Shown one piece after another: positions 18,912-27,767 of a stretch of DNA of 64,000 nt. The stretch is taken from the NCBI GenBank assembly GCA_027081275.1, contig JALWKV010000046.1:2315-66314 (forward strand), given 5' to 3'. The notes beneath the pieces were generated by a model. The model had not been told where the DNA came from and searched no databases. It saw nothing but the letters and a program-made list of their open reading frames with translations. This stretch comes from Gammaproteobacteria bacterium. Its GTDB lineage: Bacteria > Pseudomonadota > Gammaproteobacteria > UWMA-0217. Position 1 is the stretch's first letter. Each line of letters starts with the position of its first letter. A program made the position numbers and the translations under genes.

Positions 18912-19271
18912 ATGAAAAAGCTTCTGATCATTGCCATCACCGCAGCGGCCACCGCCATCGCGGCACCGGTACACGCCACCGGCGACGCCGGCGACAACGC
19001 CGCCCCGAACGATCACCGCAAGGGGAACCTCATCGACAAGCGCGAGCACCGTCAGGCGATGCGCATCAAGCAGGGAGTGAAATCCGGCGCGCTGACGAAG
19101 CCCGAGACGAAACGACTGGTTCGCGAGCAGGCCCGGATCCGGAAAATGGAGCGGCACTTCCGCTCGGATGGCAAGCTGACGCCGAAGGAGCGCGTCAGGC
19201 TGCAGTACAACCTCAACCGCGCAAGCACGCATATCTTTCGCGAGAAGCACGACCGGCAGCGTCGCAAGTAG
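18912..19271 (+). CDS. Small basic periplasmic protein with LTXXQ-like motifs (CpxP/Spy-like?)
   Basis: Signal peptide MKKLLIIAITAAATAIAAPVHA; repeated LTKPETKRL / LTPKERVRL motifs. Confidence 0.45.
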   Translation: MKKLLIIAITAAATAIAAPVHATGDAGDNAAPNDHRKGNLIDKREHRQAMRIKQGVKSGALTKPETKRLVREQARIRKMERHFRSDGKLTPKERVRLQYNLNRASTHIFREKHDRQRRK

Positions 19272-19283
19272 CGCCGAAACGGC

Positions 19284-19315
19284 ACGCCAGCGAGCCTCTG
19301 ACAGTTCATCCCCGA
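19284..19315 (+). repeat. Isolated copy of hairpin 1 of repeat family B
   Basis: cctctgacagttcatccccgaattgtcagagg matches cctctgaacaattcRtccctgaattgtcagagg of the family B copies; 13 nt downstream of the 18912..19271 stop. Confidence 0.6.
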
Positions 19316-19527
19316 ATTGTCAGAGGCCAGTATAAACGGTAATTTCCCCGCACAATCGACCGCTTGACTCGGTTGGTCATGCAATCAGGGAAGAAACGTG
19401 GAAATCGCCCCGAAGCGGAGGATCCAGTCGGTGAGGCGGTGGGCAGTGGACGTAGCGGGTTGGGAAATTCTTCGTGCCCTTCTGCCTTGGCAGAAGGGCT
19501 TTGTGTGGACAGTCGATCCTTAATCTG

Positions 19528-19692
19528 TCAGATGCGCGTTCGGGACACCCGGCTGAACCAACCGAGAAAGGCGGCAAAACTGGCGACGGCAACAGCAACG
19601 CTCGCAGCCAGATCCTGCTTCCAGACGTGAAGGTAGAAGTTATACCCGATCACGAACCCGATGATGGCGGCAACGACAATGAACGCCCTCAT
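19528..19692 (-). CDS. Possible 54-aa single/double-TM membrane protein (too short for the ORF track)
   Basis: Manual translation: MRAFIVVAAIIGFVIGYNFYLHVWKQDLAASVAVAVASFAAFLGWFSRVSRTRI. Hydrophobic helices; palindrome gcccttctgcc-tt-ggcagaagggc 30 nt downstream. Confidence 0.3.
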   Translation of the reverse strand: MRAFIVVAAIIGFVIGYNFYLHVWKQDLAASVAVAVASFAAFLGWFSRVSRTRI

Positions 19693-19798
19693 TTTCCAAC
19701 GCTCCTGAGCGGGGCGCGGCGTCTTCTGTACTTCTCTTCCAGGTAATAAACGATTCCGGTCATATCGGCATTCCCCCTTGCCTGCATCCTGTGCTGTG

Positions 19799-19931
19799 AG
19801 TGACTGCTCAGCTCACCCCTGAAATCCGCCATTTCTGCGTTCGAAAATGGTCATTTACATTTGTAAACTCACATTTTCTGCCTTGAACTGTCGGATTTCA
19901 GAGGCAATCCGAGCAGTCACTGGCCAGACTT
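19799..19931. repeat. Repeat family C, full copy with ~30-bp imperfect terminal inverted repeats
   Basis: agtgactgctcagctcacccctgaaatccg ... cggatttcagaggcaatccgagcagtcact. Related fragments at 23483..23559 and 50801..50866. Confidence 0.65.
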
Positions 19932-20058
19932 GAAGTGGCTTGACGTGAGACACAGTTTACAAGAATTGACGATCCTCCGATGACCGCTCATCCGTGATTC
20001 GCAACCGCAGTTCCGCAGCCTGCAAGCGCGTGCCGATCGCCGCGGCAGGCCCTTGCCG

Positions 20059-21285
20059 CTATGCCGGCAGGGCGTGACGGAAGTCCGCCAGCAGGTCGTC
20101 GATGTCCTCGATGCCGATCGACAGCCGGATCATCCCGTCACTGATGCCCATCGAGGCGCGACGCGCCGGCCCCATCTCGAAGTAGATCGTCTGCGCGACC
20201 GGAATGGCGAGGGTGCGATTGTCTCCCAGGTTACTGGAAACAATGGGGATTTCGAGCGCGTCGAGCACCTCGAAGCAGTCGAGGTCGGGGCGCAGCTCGA
20301 TGCTCATCAGCGACCCGCTGTTGCGGAACAGCTCGCTGGCGCGCCGGTGCTCGGGATGGGATGGCAGCCCCGGATAGAAGACACGTTCGATCGCGGGATG
20401 GCCGTCGAAGAAACGCGCCAGCGTCAAGGCATTGCCGGCGGAGCGGTCCTGCCGCAGCGCCAGCGTTTCGGCGCCGATGGCGATCTGATGGGCGGCCATC
20501 CCGCTCAATGTGCCGCCGGTATCACGCAGCCCCTTCTTGCGGATCTGCAACAGGCCCCAGCCGGACGGATCGCCCTTGCGATAGACATCGTGGATATTGG
20601 GGAACCGCGACCAGTCGTAACGGCCGGTGTCGGTCACGGCGCCGCCGAGCACATCGCCATGACCGGCAATGAACTTGGTCAGCGAATTGACCACCAGCCC
20701 GGCGCCCACCGTCACGGGCCGGAACAGCCACGGCGAGGTCATGGTGTTGTCCACGATGTAGAGCAGCCCGCGCTCGGCGCAGAGCGCGCCGATGCCCTCC
20801 AGGTCACTCACCTGCGTGCAGGGGTTGGCGATGGTCTCGACGAACACTATGCGCGTCTCGGGCCGGAGCGCCGCCGCCACGTTGGCCGCGTCGGTGGCAT
20901 CGACGAAACTCACCTCGATGCCCATGTTGGTCAGCGTATTGAACAGACTGTTGGTATTGCCGAAGAGAAACTGGCTCGACACCAGGTGGTCGCCCTGGCG
21001 CAGCAACGCGAACATCACCGCATGGATGGCCGCCATGCCGGTAGCGAAACAGGCCGTCGCCACCCCCTCCTCCATCAGCGTGATCTTCTCCTCCAGCGCC
21101 ACCACCGTGGGATTGATCTGCCGCGCATAGGAGTAGCCCTTGCGCTTTCCCTGAAACACCTCGGCGATCTCCCGCGCCTGCTCGTAACCGAAGGCCACTG
21201 AGGTATGGACCGGCTTGTGCAGCGCGCCATGCTCGATCGGCTGGCGCAGGTCGCTGTGGAGTATCCTGGATGTAAAGCCTTTCAT
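20059..21285 (-). CDS. metZ: PLP-dependent Cys/Met-metabolism enzyme, O-succinylhomoserine sulfhydrylase/cystathionine gamma-synthase family (MetZ-like)
   Basis: 408 aa; PLP-lysine region NSLTKFIAGHGDVLGGAV; overall MetZ/MetB architecture. Confidence 0.75.
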   Translation of the reverse strand: MKGFTSRILHSDLRQPIEHGALHKPVHTSVAFGYEQAREIAEVFQGKRKGYSYARQINPTVVALEEKITLMEEGVATACFATGMAAIHAVMFALLRQGDHLVSSQFLFGNTNSLFNTLTNMGIEVSFVDATDAANVAAALRPETRIVFVETIANPCTQVSDLEGIGALCAERGLLYIVDNTMTSPWLFRPVTVGAGLVVNSLTKFIAGHGDVLGGAVTDTGRYDWSRFPNIHDVYRKGDPSGWGLLQIRKKGLRDTGGTLSGMAAHQIAIGAETLALRQDRSAGNALTLARFFDGHPAIERVFYPGLPSHPEHRRASELFRNSGSLMSIELRPDLDCFEVLDALEIPIVSSNLGDNRTLAIPVAQTIYFEMGPARRASMGISDGMIRLSIGIEDIDDLLADFRHALPA

Positions 21286-21357
21286 GTCGTCACCGCTGGC
21301 GCTTGTGAAATCAGGGGATTCTACTATGCCGACGGCGCGACCTTCCTCATCAGGCCG

Positions 21358-22026
21358 TCAATCGCGCTTGTAGAGATACATCGCGTCGCTGAAAGTCGCC
21401 ACCCAGGTCGGCTTGAAGACGATCATCACCGTCATGGCGATGCCGTTGAGCGTTCCCTCGGGCAGGGCGAGCAGCAGGAGGAAGGGGAGATAGTGCTGGT
21501 TGAGTTCGGCGATGGTGTAGGCGCCGCTGGTAGCCAGCAGCGCATAGGCGCTGACGCCGGCGATCAGCACGCCGAGGGAGGCGGCGAAGAAGCAGTTGAG
21601 AAAGATGTAGATAAAAAGATTGTGCGGCAGCATCCGCTGGGCGAAGCGGCGCAGGTTGTGCGTCACCAGCGTCGGGATCGCGCCCATGATGAGGACATTG
21701 AGGGCGAAGGTCTCCCAGCCGCTGCGACCCTCCCACACCGTGACCAGCACGAGCACCTGCACGGCGAGGAAGGCGAACTCCCAGCCGAACATCAGCGCCG
21801 CCGCGCTGGCGCCGAGGAAATGGAAGGCCTGCCCCGGCGCCACCCCCGCCTTGAGATGCCAGAAGGCCATCAGCACGACGATGGTGCCGAAATAGACGTT
21901 GGCCGAATCGCGCTCCAGCAATTTGTGCCACGGCGCGCGCAGCACGGCGACCGCCGTCAGTACGGCATAGAGCGCCCAGCTGACGCCGAGCCAGCCAGAG
22001 GAGATGAGACCGGAAGGAATATCCAT
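21358..22026 (-). CDS. Polytopic membrane protein of unknown function
   Basis: 222 aa, about six hydrophobic helices, Trp-rich. Same strand as metZ-like gene. Confidence 0.5.
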   Translation of the reverse strand: MDIPSGLISSGWLGVSWALYAVLTAVAVLRAPWHKLLERDSANVYFGTIVVLMAFWHLKAGVAPGQAFHFLGASAAALMFGWEFAFLAVQVLVLVTVWEGRSGWETFALNVLIMGAIPTLVTHNLRRFAQRMLPHNLFIYIFLNCFFAASLGVLIAGVSAYALLATSGAYTIAELNQHYLPFLLLLALPEGTLNGIAMTVMIVFKPTWVATFSDAMYLYKRD

Positions 22027-22100
22027 GGGTCAGAAGTCTAGGTCGATTGACTCATCCAGTGAATGACAAATGGCAAGAAGCCGGAGGCGCCGCCGGCCGG

Positions 22101-22559
22101 TTACGATCTGCACTCCGGCCGATTCTCCAGCACGGCGTGCAGCTCCTCCATGATCGCCGCGTGCAGCGTCTGCAGACGATCATGCAGGCGCGTCAGCTTC
22201 TCCTCCCACGCCTTCTGTTTCTCGTGCGCCTCGACGATATGGGTGAAGGATTCGGACGGTTCCTGCTCGCCCTGCAGGAAGAACTCCAGCGTCTTCTCGT
22301 TGGCGTTGAGGAGCTTTTCGTGATTCTCGATGCTGTCCATCAGCACCTCGAACTCGCGGTCCTCCTCGTCGAGGATGTGTTCCAGCTTGTACAGCAGCGC
22401 CTGCAACCGATCCTGCTCCTGCCGCCACCGCGCCAGCTGCCGCAGCCAGCGCCGATGCTCCTCGTGCCAGGCGCTGTAGTCGCGGCGCAGCTCGCCTATC
22501 TTCGCCTGAATCTCCTTTCTGGAACCGATCATCGATGCCACCTCCCGATATCCGGACAA
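22101..22559 (-). CDS. Hypothetical coiled-coil protein
   Basis: 152 aa, charged heptad-like sequence with no recognisable domain. Start codon abuts repeat B copy 1. Confidence 0.4.
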   Translation of the reverse strand: MSGYREVASMIGSRKEIQAKIGELRRDYSAWHEEHRRWLRQLARWRQEQDRLQALLYKLEHILDEEDREFEVLMDSIENHEKLLNANEKTLEFFLQGEQEPSESFTHIVEAHEKQKAWEEKLTRLHDRLQTLHAAIMEELHAVLENRPECRS

Positions 22560-22580
22560 CGCGCTTCAGTTCTTAAGGAA

Positions 22581-22733
22581 AGTCTGATTTGATCAGACTT
22601 TCCTGCGGCACACGGATGTGCCGCCAGAATCGGCCGCGCCAAGCGATTGATTCTGTGAGAAAAACGAAAATCGCACTTTTCATTTTTCGCCCTCTGACAA
22701 TTCAGGGATGAATTGTTCAGAGGCTCCTTAAAT
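22581..22733 (-). repeat. Repeat family B (~155-165 bp, five consecutive hairpins), copy 1
   Basis: Reverse-complement match to 27363..27517 and 34537..34700. Confidence 0.8.
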
Positions 22734-22776
22734 ATTAGTACAGATTAATATATGTCACAGAAATCACGCGCGGCCA

Positions 22777-23484
22777 TCAGGTACGCCAGTCGATCTCCTC
22801 ATGGCCGAAACCAAGCAACGCCTCGTTGACCCGGGAGAACGGCCGGCTGCCGAAAAAGCCGCGATAGGCCGACAGCGGCGACGGATGTGGCGACTCGATG
22901 ACGACGTGACGCCGGCGATCGACCATCCGCGCCTTCTTCTGCGCTTGGACGCCCCACAGCAGGAAAACCACCGGCTCGGCGCGCGCGTCGACGGTTTCGA
23001 TGATGCGGTCGGTAAACCGCTCCCAGCCACGATTGCGGTGGCTGCCGGCGCTGCCCTCGACCACCGTCAACACGGCATTGAGCAACAGCACGCCCTGTCC
23101 GGCCCACGGCAGCAGCGAGCCGCTGCGATTGTCGATGCCGAGGTCGTCCTTCAGCTCGCGAAAAATGTTCTGCAACGACTTCGGCAGCGGGCTGACCTCA
23201 GGACGCACCGAGAAGCTCAGCCCGTGGGCATGCCCCGGCGTCGGATAGGGATCCTGCCCGATGACGACGACGCGGGTGCGGGCCAGCGGCGTGGCGTTGA
23301 GCGCCTGCAGGCGCAGCTCGGGCGGCGGAAAGATCCGCTTGCCGGCCGCCTCCTCGGCGGCGAGAAAGGCCTCCAGCGCACGCAGATAGTCGCTGGCGAA
23401 TTCGTCCCGCAACGCGGCGCGCCAGTCGCTGTCGGGGTGCAGTGCTGTCTCGATCTTCATCCGGGGCGTCATCGACCTGTGCAA
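22777..23484 (-). CDS. ung: Uracil-DNA glycosylase
   Basis: GQDPYPTPGHAHGLSFSV (GQDPYH-like motif) and HPSPLSA C-terminal motif. Confidence 0.9.
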   Translation of the reverse strand: MHRSMTPRMKIETALHPDSDWRAALRDEFASDYLRALEAFLAAEEAAGKRIFPPPELRLQALNATPLARTRVVVIGQDPYPTPGHAHGLSFSVRPEVSPLPKSLQNIFRELKDDLGIDNRSGSLLPWAGQGVLLLNAVLTVVEGSAGSHRNRGWERFTDRIIETVDARAEPVVFLLWGVQAQKKARMVDRRRHVVIESPHPSPLSAYRGFFGSRPFSRVNEALLGFGHEEIDWRT

Positions 23485-23559
23485 TCACTCAGCTCGTTCG
23501 GAAATACATCCGTAACTGCTCAGATTTCAGGGGTGAGCTGAGTAGTTACCGACCTGTTA
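23483..23559. repeat. Repeat family C, short derivative copy
   Basis: aatcactcagctcgttcggaaatacatccgtaactgctcagatttcaggggtgagctgag shares a ~60-nt block with 50801..50866 and the TIR of 19799..19931. Confidence 0.55.
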
Positions 23560-23601
23560 AGATGCGGGGCCGGCAGTCTACCCCAATGTCACAGGCGCTG
23601 A

Positions 23602-25191
23602 ATGTATCTGAGCTATTTCGGGCTCACTGAAAAGCCCTTCAATATTACGCCCGATCCGCGCTTTCTCTACCTCAGCGAACAGCACCGGGAAGCGCTGGCG
23701 CACCTGCTGTTCTCCACCGACGAGAGCAGCAGCTTCATCGTGCTCACCGGCGAGGTGGGCGCGGGCAAGACGACGTTGTGCCGCTCGATGCTGGAGGACG
23801 GGATAGAGGGCAATCGCTTCGCGCTGATTCTCAATCCGATGCAGTCGCCGCTGGAGCTGCTGGCCTCGGCCTGCGACGAGTTCGGCATCGCCTATCCGAC
23901 CGACCCCGGCATCAAGGATCTGGTCGATGCGCTCAACCGCTGGCTGCTGGCGCTGAACGCCGACAACGAACAGGCGATCCTGATCATCGACGAGGCGCAG
24001 AATCTCGGCTTCGAGACGCTGGAGCAGATACGGCTGCTGACCAATCTCGAGACCGGCAGCAAGAAGCTGCTGAAGATCATTCTCATCGGCCAGCCCGAGC
24101 TGCGGCAGATGCTCGACCGCCCGGAGCTGCGCCAGCTCTCCCAGCGGGTCACGGCACGCTACCATCTGGCGCCGATGACGGCGCCCGAGACCGCCGCCTA
24201 TGTGCGTCACCGCCTCGAAGTGGCCGGCGCGCGCCGACCGCTGTTCACGGCCGCCGCGCTGAAGCGCGTCCACCGCCTCTCCGGCGGCATTCCCCGCCGC
24301 ATCAACCTGATCGCCGACCGCGCCCTGACCGGCGCCTACGCCCGCCAGCGCGACATCGTCGATCCGCGCCTCGTCGCCACCGCCGCGCGCGAGGTGAGCC
24401 GCGGGGCGAATGCCGGCACGCCGGCGCGGCCTCTGCCGTGGTTCGCTATCATCGCGGTCGTGGCGCTCGCGCTGCCGCTGCTGGCCTGGCTGCGCCACGC
24501 GCCACCATCGACACCGGAGCCGCAGGCCGATCCGGCAGCCGCGCCGCTGGCGGCGATCGACGACCGTGAGTATGTCGCCGCGCTGGAGGCCGCCATCGAG
24601 GCGGAGGGTGAAGACGTCACCACGGCGCCGCGGGAGCCAACGCCGTCGACGCCGATCGGCAAGCTGCTGGCGCTGTGGGGCGCGACGCTCGACCCCGGCG
24701 ATCCGACGCCCGCCTGCGACCAGGCCGCTCGTCAGGGGCTGGCCTGCCTCTATGTCGAGGGCGGCATCGACGATCTCGTCGCGCTCGATCGGCCGGCGCT
24801 GATCGAGGTTCGCGACGATGCCGGCAAAATGGAACAGTGGCTGATCCGGTCCCTGCTCGAAGCGGATTTTCTCGTCGACAGGGGCAGCAACGACGCCACG
24901 CTGTCGCGTGATCGGCTCGCCGCCGTCTGGCCGGGGCGCTTCCTGCTGCTCTGGCAGGCGCCGCCATCGGGCGGCACGATAGTGCATGGCAACAGCCCGA
25001 CAGCCGATCGGCGCTGGCTCCGCGCCCGCCTGGCGCGCGCCGGCGTGACGGTCGAAAACGACGACCTGGAAGCGGCGATCCGGCGGTTCCAGCGCCGCAA
25101 CGGCCTTGCCGTCGACGGCAAGGCCGGTATTCGCACGCTGCTGGCGCTGGAGCGGCAGAGCAGCGACACGGCCATCCCGACGCTGCAATGA
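23602..25191 (+). CDS. gspA: Type II secretion system protein A (GspA/ExeA): AAA+ ATPase with C-terminal peptidoglycan-binding domain
   Basis: Walker A LTGEVGAGKTT and Walker B LIIDEAQ. TM segment; C-terminal PG-binding repeat (RRFQRRNGLAVDGKAG). Confidence 0.8.
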   Translation: MYLSYFGLTEKPFNITPDPRFLYLSEQHREALAHLLFSTDESSSFIVLTGEVGAGKTTLCRSMLEDGIEGNRFALILNPMQSPLELLASACDEFGIAYPTDPGIKDLVDALNRWLLALNADNEQAILIIDEAQNLGFETLEQIRLLTNLETGSKKLLKIILIGQPELRQMLDRPELRQLSQRVTARYHLAPMTAPETAAYVRHRLEVAGARRPLFTAAALKRVHRLSGGIPRRINLIADRALTGAYARQRDIVDPRLVATAAREVSRGANAGTPARPLPWFAIIAVVALALPLLAWLRHAPPSTPEPQADPAAAPLAAIDDREYVAALEAAIEAEGEDVTTAPREPTPSTPIGKLLALWGATLDPGDPTPACDQAARQGLACLYVEGGIDDLVALDRPALIEVRDDAGKMEQWLIRSLLEADFLVDRGSNDATLSRDRLAAVWPGRFLLLWQAPPSGGTIVHGNSPTADRRWLRARLARAGVTVENDDLEAAIRRFQRRNGLAVDGKAGIRTLLALERQSSDTAIPTLQ

Positions 25192-25209
25192 ACCAGGAGG
25201 AAGAGCGAG

Positions 25210-25890
25210 ATGTCTCTGATACTCGAAGCACTGAAACGGTCGGAAAAGGAACGCCGCCAGCAGGCCGACTCCGTGACCGACACGCTCTATATCGAGGTGG
25301 CGCCACGCCGCCGCAATCTCTGGCCGGTGGTGCTGGTGGTGCTGCTGTTGGTCAATATCGGCATCATGCTCTTCCTCTGGTGGCGTCAGGCCGCCAACGA
25401 CGATATCCCGGCGACGCAGCAAGCCGATCCGGAGGCAATCATCGCCGCCGCCCGCAAGGCGACGCCTGACCCACCACCGGCAGCGACCAGCGATGGGCCA
25501 TCGCGGATCGCCGCGCGCATCCTGCGCCCGCTGGATCAGGAGCTGGGCGGCGCCAGGATCGTTCCGGCGCGCCGTCCGGCGGCCACCGATGCCCCGGCGC
25601 GCAACTCGCCCAGCGCCGACGCCACCACCGCGCCGCCGCCACCGGCATCGGAACCAGAGCCGGTGATCGGCGCCATGGATGACGCGACGCTGCAAGCGCT
25701 GCAGCGGTACGAGATCAACATCATCGTCTACAGCGACACGCCGGCGCGGCGCTATGCGCTGATCGACATGAAAAAGCTGCGCGAAGGCGACACCCTGCCC
25801 GGCAGCGATCTGCGCATCGAACGCATCGCCCAGGGCGCGCTGATCATCGACACCGGCCACGGGCTGGTAAGCTACAGCGGAACCCCCTGA
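25210..25890 (+). CDS. gspB: Type II secretion system protein B (GspB/ExeB-like)
   Basis: N-terminus MSLILEALKRSEKERR typical of GspB, one TM, Pro/Ala-rich linker. Immediately follows gspA. Confidence 0.65.
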   Translation: MSLILEALKRSEKERRQQADSVTDTLYIEVAPRRRNLWPVVLVVLLLVNIGIMLFLWWRQAANDDIPATQQADPEAIIAAARKATPDPPPAATSDGPSRIAARILRPLDQELGGARIVPARRPAATDAPARNSPSADATTAPPPPASEPEPVIGAMDDATLQALQRYEINIIVYSDTPARRYALIDMKKLREGDTLPGSDLRIERIAQGALIIDTGHGLVSYSGTP

Positions 25891-25907
25891 CGACAACGAC
25901 CGCGACC

Positions 25908-26432
25908 GTGCAAGAGCACCTCGACGACGACCAGATCGATACCATCATCGCTACCACCGGCGATTTCATCGCGCGGGCGCGCCATCGCTACGGGCTGACG
26001 CTGCCCGAGCTGGAGATCCGCTTCGACGTCCACGGCGCGGCCTGGGGCTACTACGTCCGCAAGGGCTCGCAACGCTGGTTCCGCTTCAACCCGACGCTGT
26101 TCGCGCGACATTTCGACGAAGGGCTGAGCGACACCATCCCGCACGAGGTGGCGCACTATGTGGTCGACAGGCGCTATCCGCGCCGCCGCTGCAAGCCGCA
26201 CGGCGCGGAGTGGCGACAGGTGATGCGCGATTTCGGCATCGACAGCCCCAGTGCCACCCACCGCACGCCGCTGGACGGCCTGGCCGTACGGCGGCAGCGT
26301 CGCTACATCTACTACTGCGGCTGCGGCGAGGTGCCGCTGAGCGCGACGCGCCACAACCGCATCCTGCGGGGCCAGGCCCGCTACTTCTGCCGGCGCTGCC
26401 AGCAGCCGCTGTCGCCGACACCGCCGCCCTGA
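25908..26432 (+). CDS. sprT: SprT-like zinc metalloprotease-fold protein
   Basis: HEVAHY motif plus C-terminal Cys-rich zinc ribbon (CGCG...CRRCQ). Confidence 0.75.
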   Translation: MQEHLDDDQIDTIIATTGDFIARARHRYGLTLPELEIRFDVHGAAWGYYVRKGSQRWFRFNPTLFARHFDEGLSDTIPHEVAHYVVDRRYPRRRCKPHGAEWRQVMRDFGIDSPSATHRTPLDGLAVRRQRRYIYYCGCGEVPLSATRHNRILRGQARYFCRRCQQPLSPTPPP

Positions 26433-26482
26433 CACATCGGTTTACCTTCGATTGGCCTCCTTTCCGGCGCCGGCGCATAATC

Positions 26483-26621
26483 GGTTGTAACTGCTCAGCA
26501 CGGTCGTCTTTTGTTCCATATCTGCGTTATTTTCGTGCTCGCTCGGTTACATACTGCGTGTATGCGCCCTCGCTGCGCGCGAAAATGCCTTGATCTGAAA
26601 CAAAATCCAACCATGCTGAGC
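26483..26621 (+). repeat. Repeat family A (MITE-like), copy 2
   Basis: ~97% identical to 33746..33877; flanked by gctcagcacgg / ccatgctgagc terminal inverted repeats. Confidence 0.85.
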
Positions 26622-26667
26622 ATTACAACCGGTTTTCGACCAGACACAGCAATGAGGAGTCCCGACC

Positions 26668-27336
26668 ATGCAACCGATCAAACCGATTCTCATCGCCATC
26701 GCCCTGCTCGCGCTTGCCGCCTGCGCCCAGAAGCAGACGCCCGAGGAAGTGGCGCACGGCTTCTGGCAGGCCGTGGTCGACAACGACCTCGATGCCGCGC
26801 GCAAGCTGGCGACCCGCGACTCGCAGAAGAGTCTCGACCTGCTCGACAATCAAGAAAACATGCTCAAGGAGGTAGAAGTGGGCGCGGCCACGATCACCGA
26901 GCAGAAAGCGACAGTGCCGACGACGCTGATCGGCGACGCCGACGGTCACCAGACCCGCATCCAGCTGACCACCTATCTGCGCGAGGAAGACGAGAAGTGG
27001 CGCGTCGAGGGCGACAGGACCGTCAACGCGCTGGTCACCTCCAGCCTCGAAAACATGCTGCGCAACCTCACCGGCGATCTGACGCGGATCGGCGGCGCGC
27101 TCAACCAGACCATCACCACCGGCCTGCAGGAGTTCCTCGGCCAGCTGCAGAAGAATGTGCCGGCGATCAAGCAGGAGCTGGGCAAGCTCGCCGACGAGGA
27201 GAAGGCGCGGACGCTGGGTCAGGAACTGGGGGCGCTGTTCTCGCAGGGGCTGCGCGACGCCATGAAGGAATTCTCCAAGGGGCTAGACGATCTGGAGAAG
27301 GAGCTGGAGAAGGCCAACGCGTCAGAGCAGAAGTAA
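26668..27336 (+). CDS. Lipoprotein with N-terminal DUF4878-like domain and C-terminal coiled coil
   Basis: Lipobox LALAAC then AQKQTPEEVAHGFWQAVVDNDLDAARKL; flanked by repeat A upstream and repeat B downstream. Confidence 0.55.
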   Translation: MQPIKPILIAIALLALAACAQKQTPEEVAHGFWQAVVDNDLDAARKLATRDSQKSLDLLDNQENMLKEVEVGAATITEQKATVPTTLIGDADGHQTRIQLTTYLREEDEKWRVEGDRTVNALVTSSLENMLRNLTGDLTRIGGALNQTITTGLQEFLGQLQKNVPAIKQELGKLADEEKARTLGQELGALFSQGLRDAMKEFSKGLDDLEKELEKANASEQK

Positions 27337-27362
27337 CCGCCCCAGGAGGCTGTCCGACTCAA

Positions 27363-27517
27363 GGAACCTCTGAACAATTCGTCCCTGAATTGTCAGAGGA
27401 CGAAAAACGAAAAGTGCGATTTGCGTTTTTCTTACAGAATCAATCGCTTGGCGCGCTCGATTCTGGCGGCACGTCCGTGTGCTGCAGGAAAGTCTGATTT
27501 GATCAGACTTTCCTTAA
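27363..27517 (+). repeat. Repeat family B, copy 2
   Basis: Five hairpins including cagaatcaatcgc...gattctg and aggaaagtctgat-ttg-atcagactttcct. Confidence 0.8.
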
Positions 27518-27767
27518 CACTGTTTGGCTGCAAATCCGTGGATAGCGATCAACTGGACTGATCAGGCTCGTTAAATAGCCCTGCTATTCGCCTCACCCGA
27601 TCAGCCCATTTGATTCGCTCCCACGAATTTTCGCTTCAAACGGTTAAGTCGGACAGCCTCCTGGCGCGGAGCATGGTGACCGGCGGGACGAGCGCGGCTG
27701 CGACAGGTGAATTGATTACGCAAATGTAATAGAGTTGCGCTGCTCTTTGTCCCCAACCGGTCACCCC

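Noticed and set aside
19475-19507. Calling the gcccttctgcc-tt-ggcagaagggc palindrome a definite terminator
   Set aside because: T-run is weak on both strands (tttgtgtgg). Retained only as a possible terminator for the small-ORF finding.
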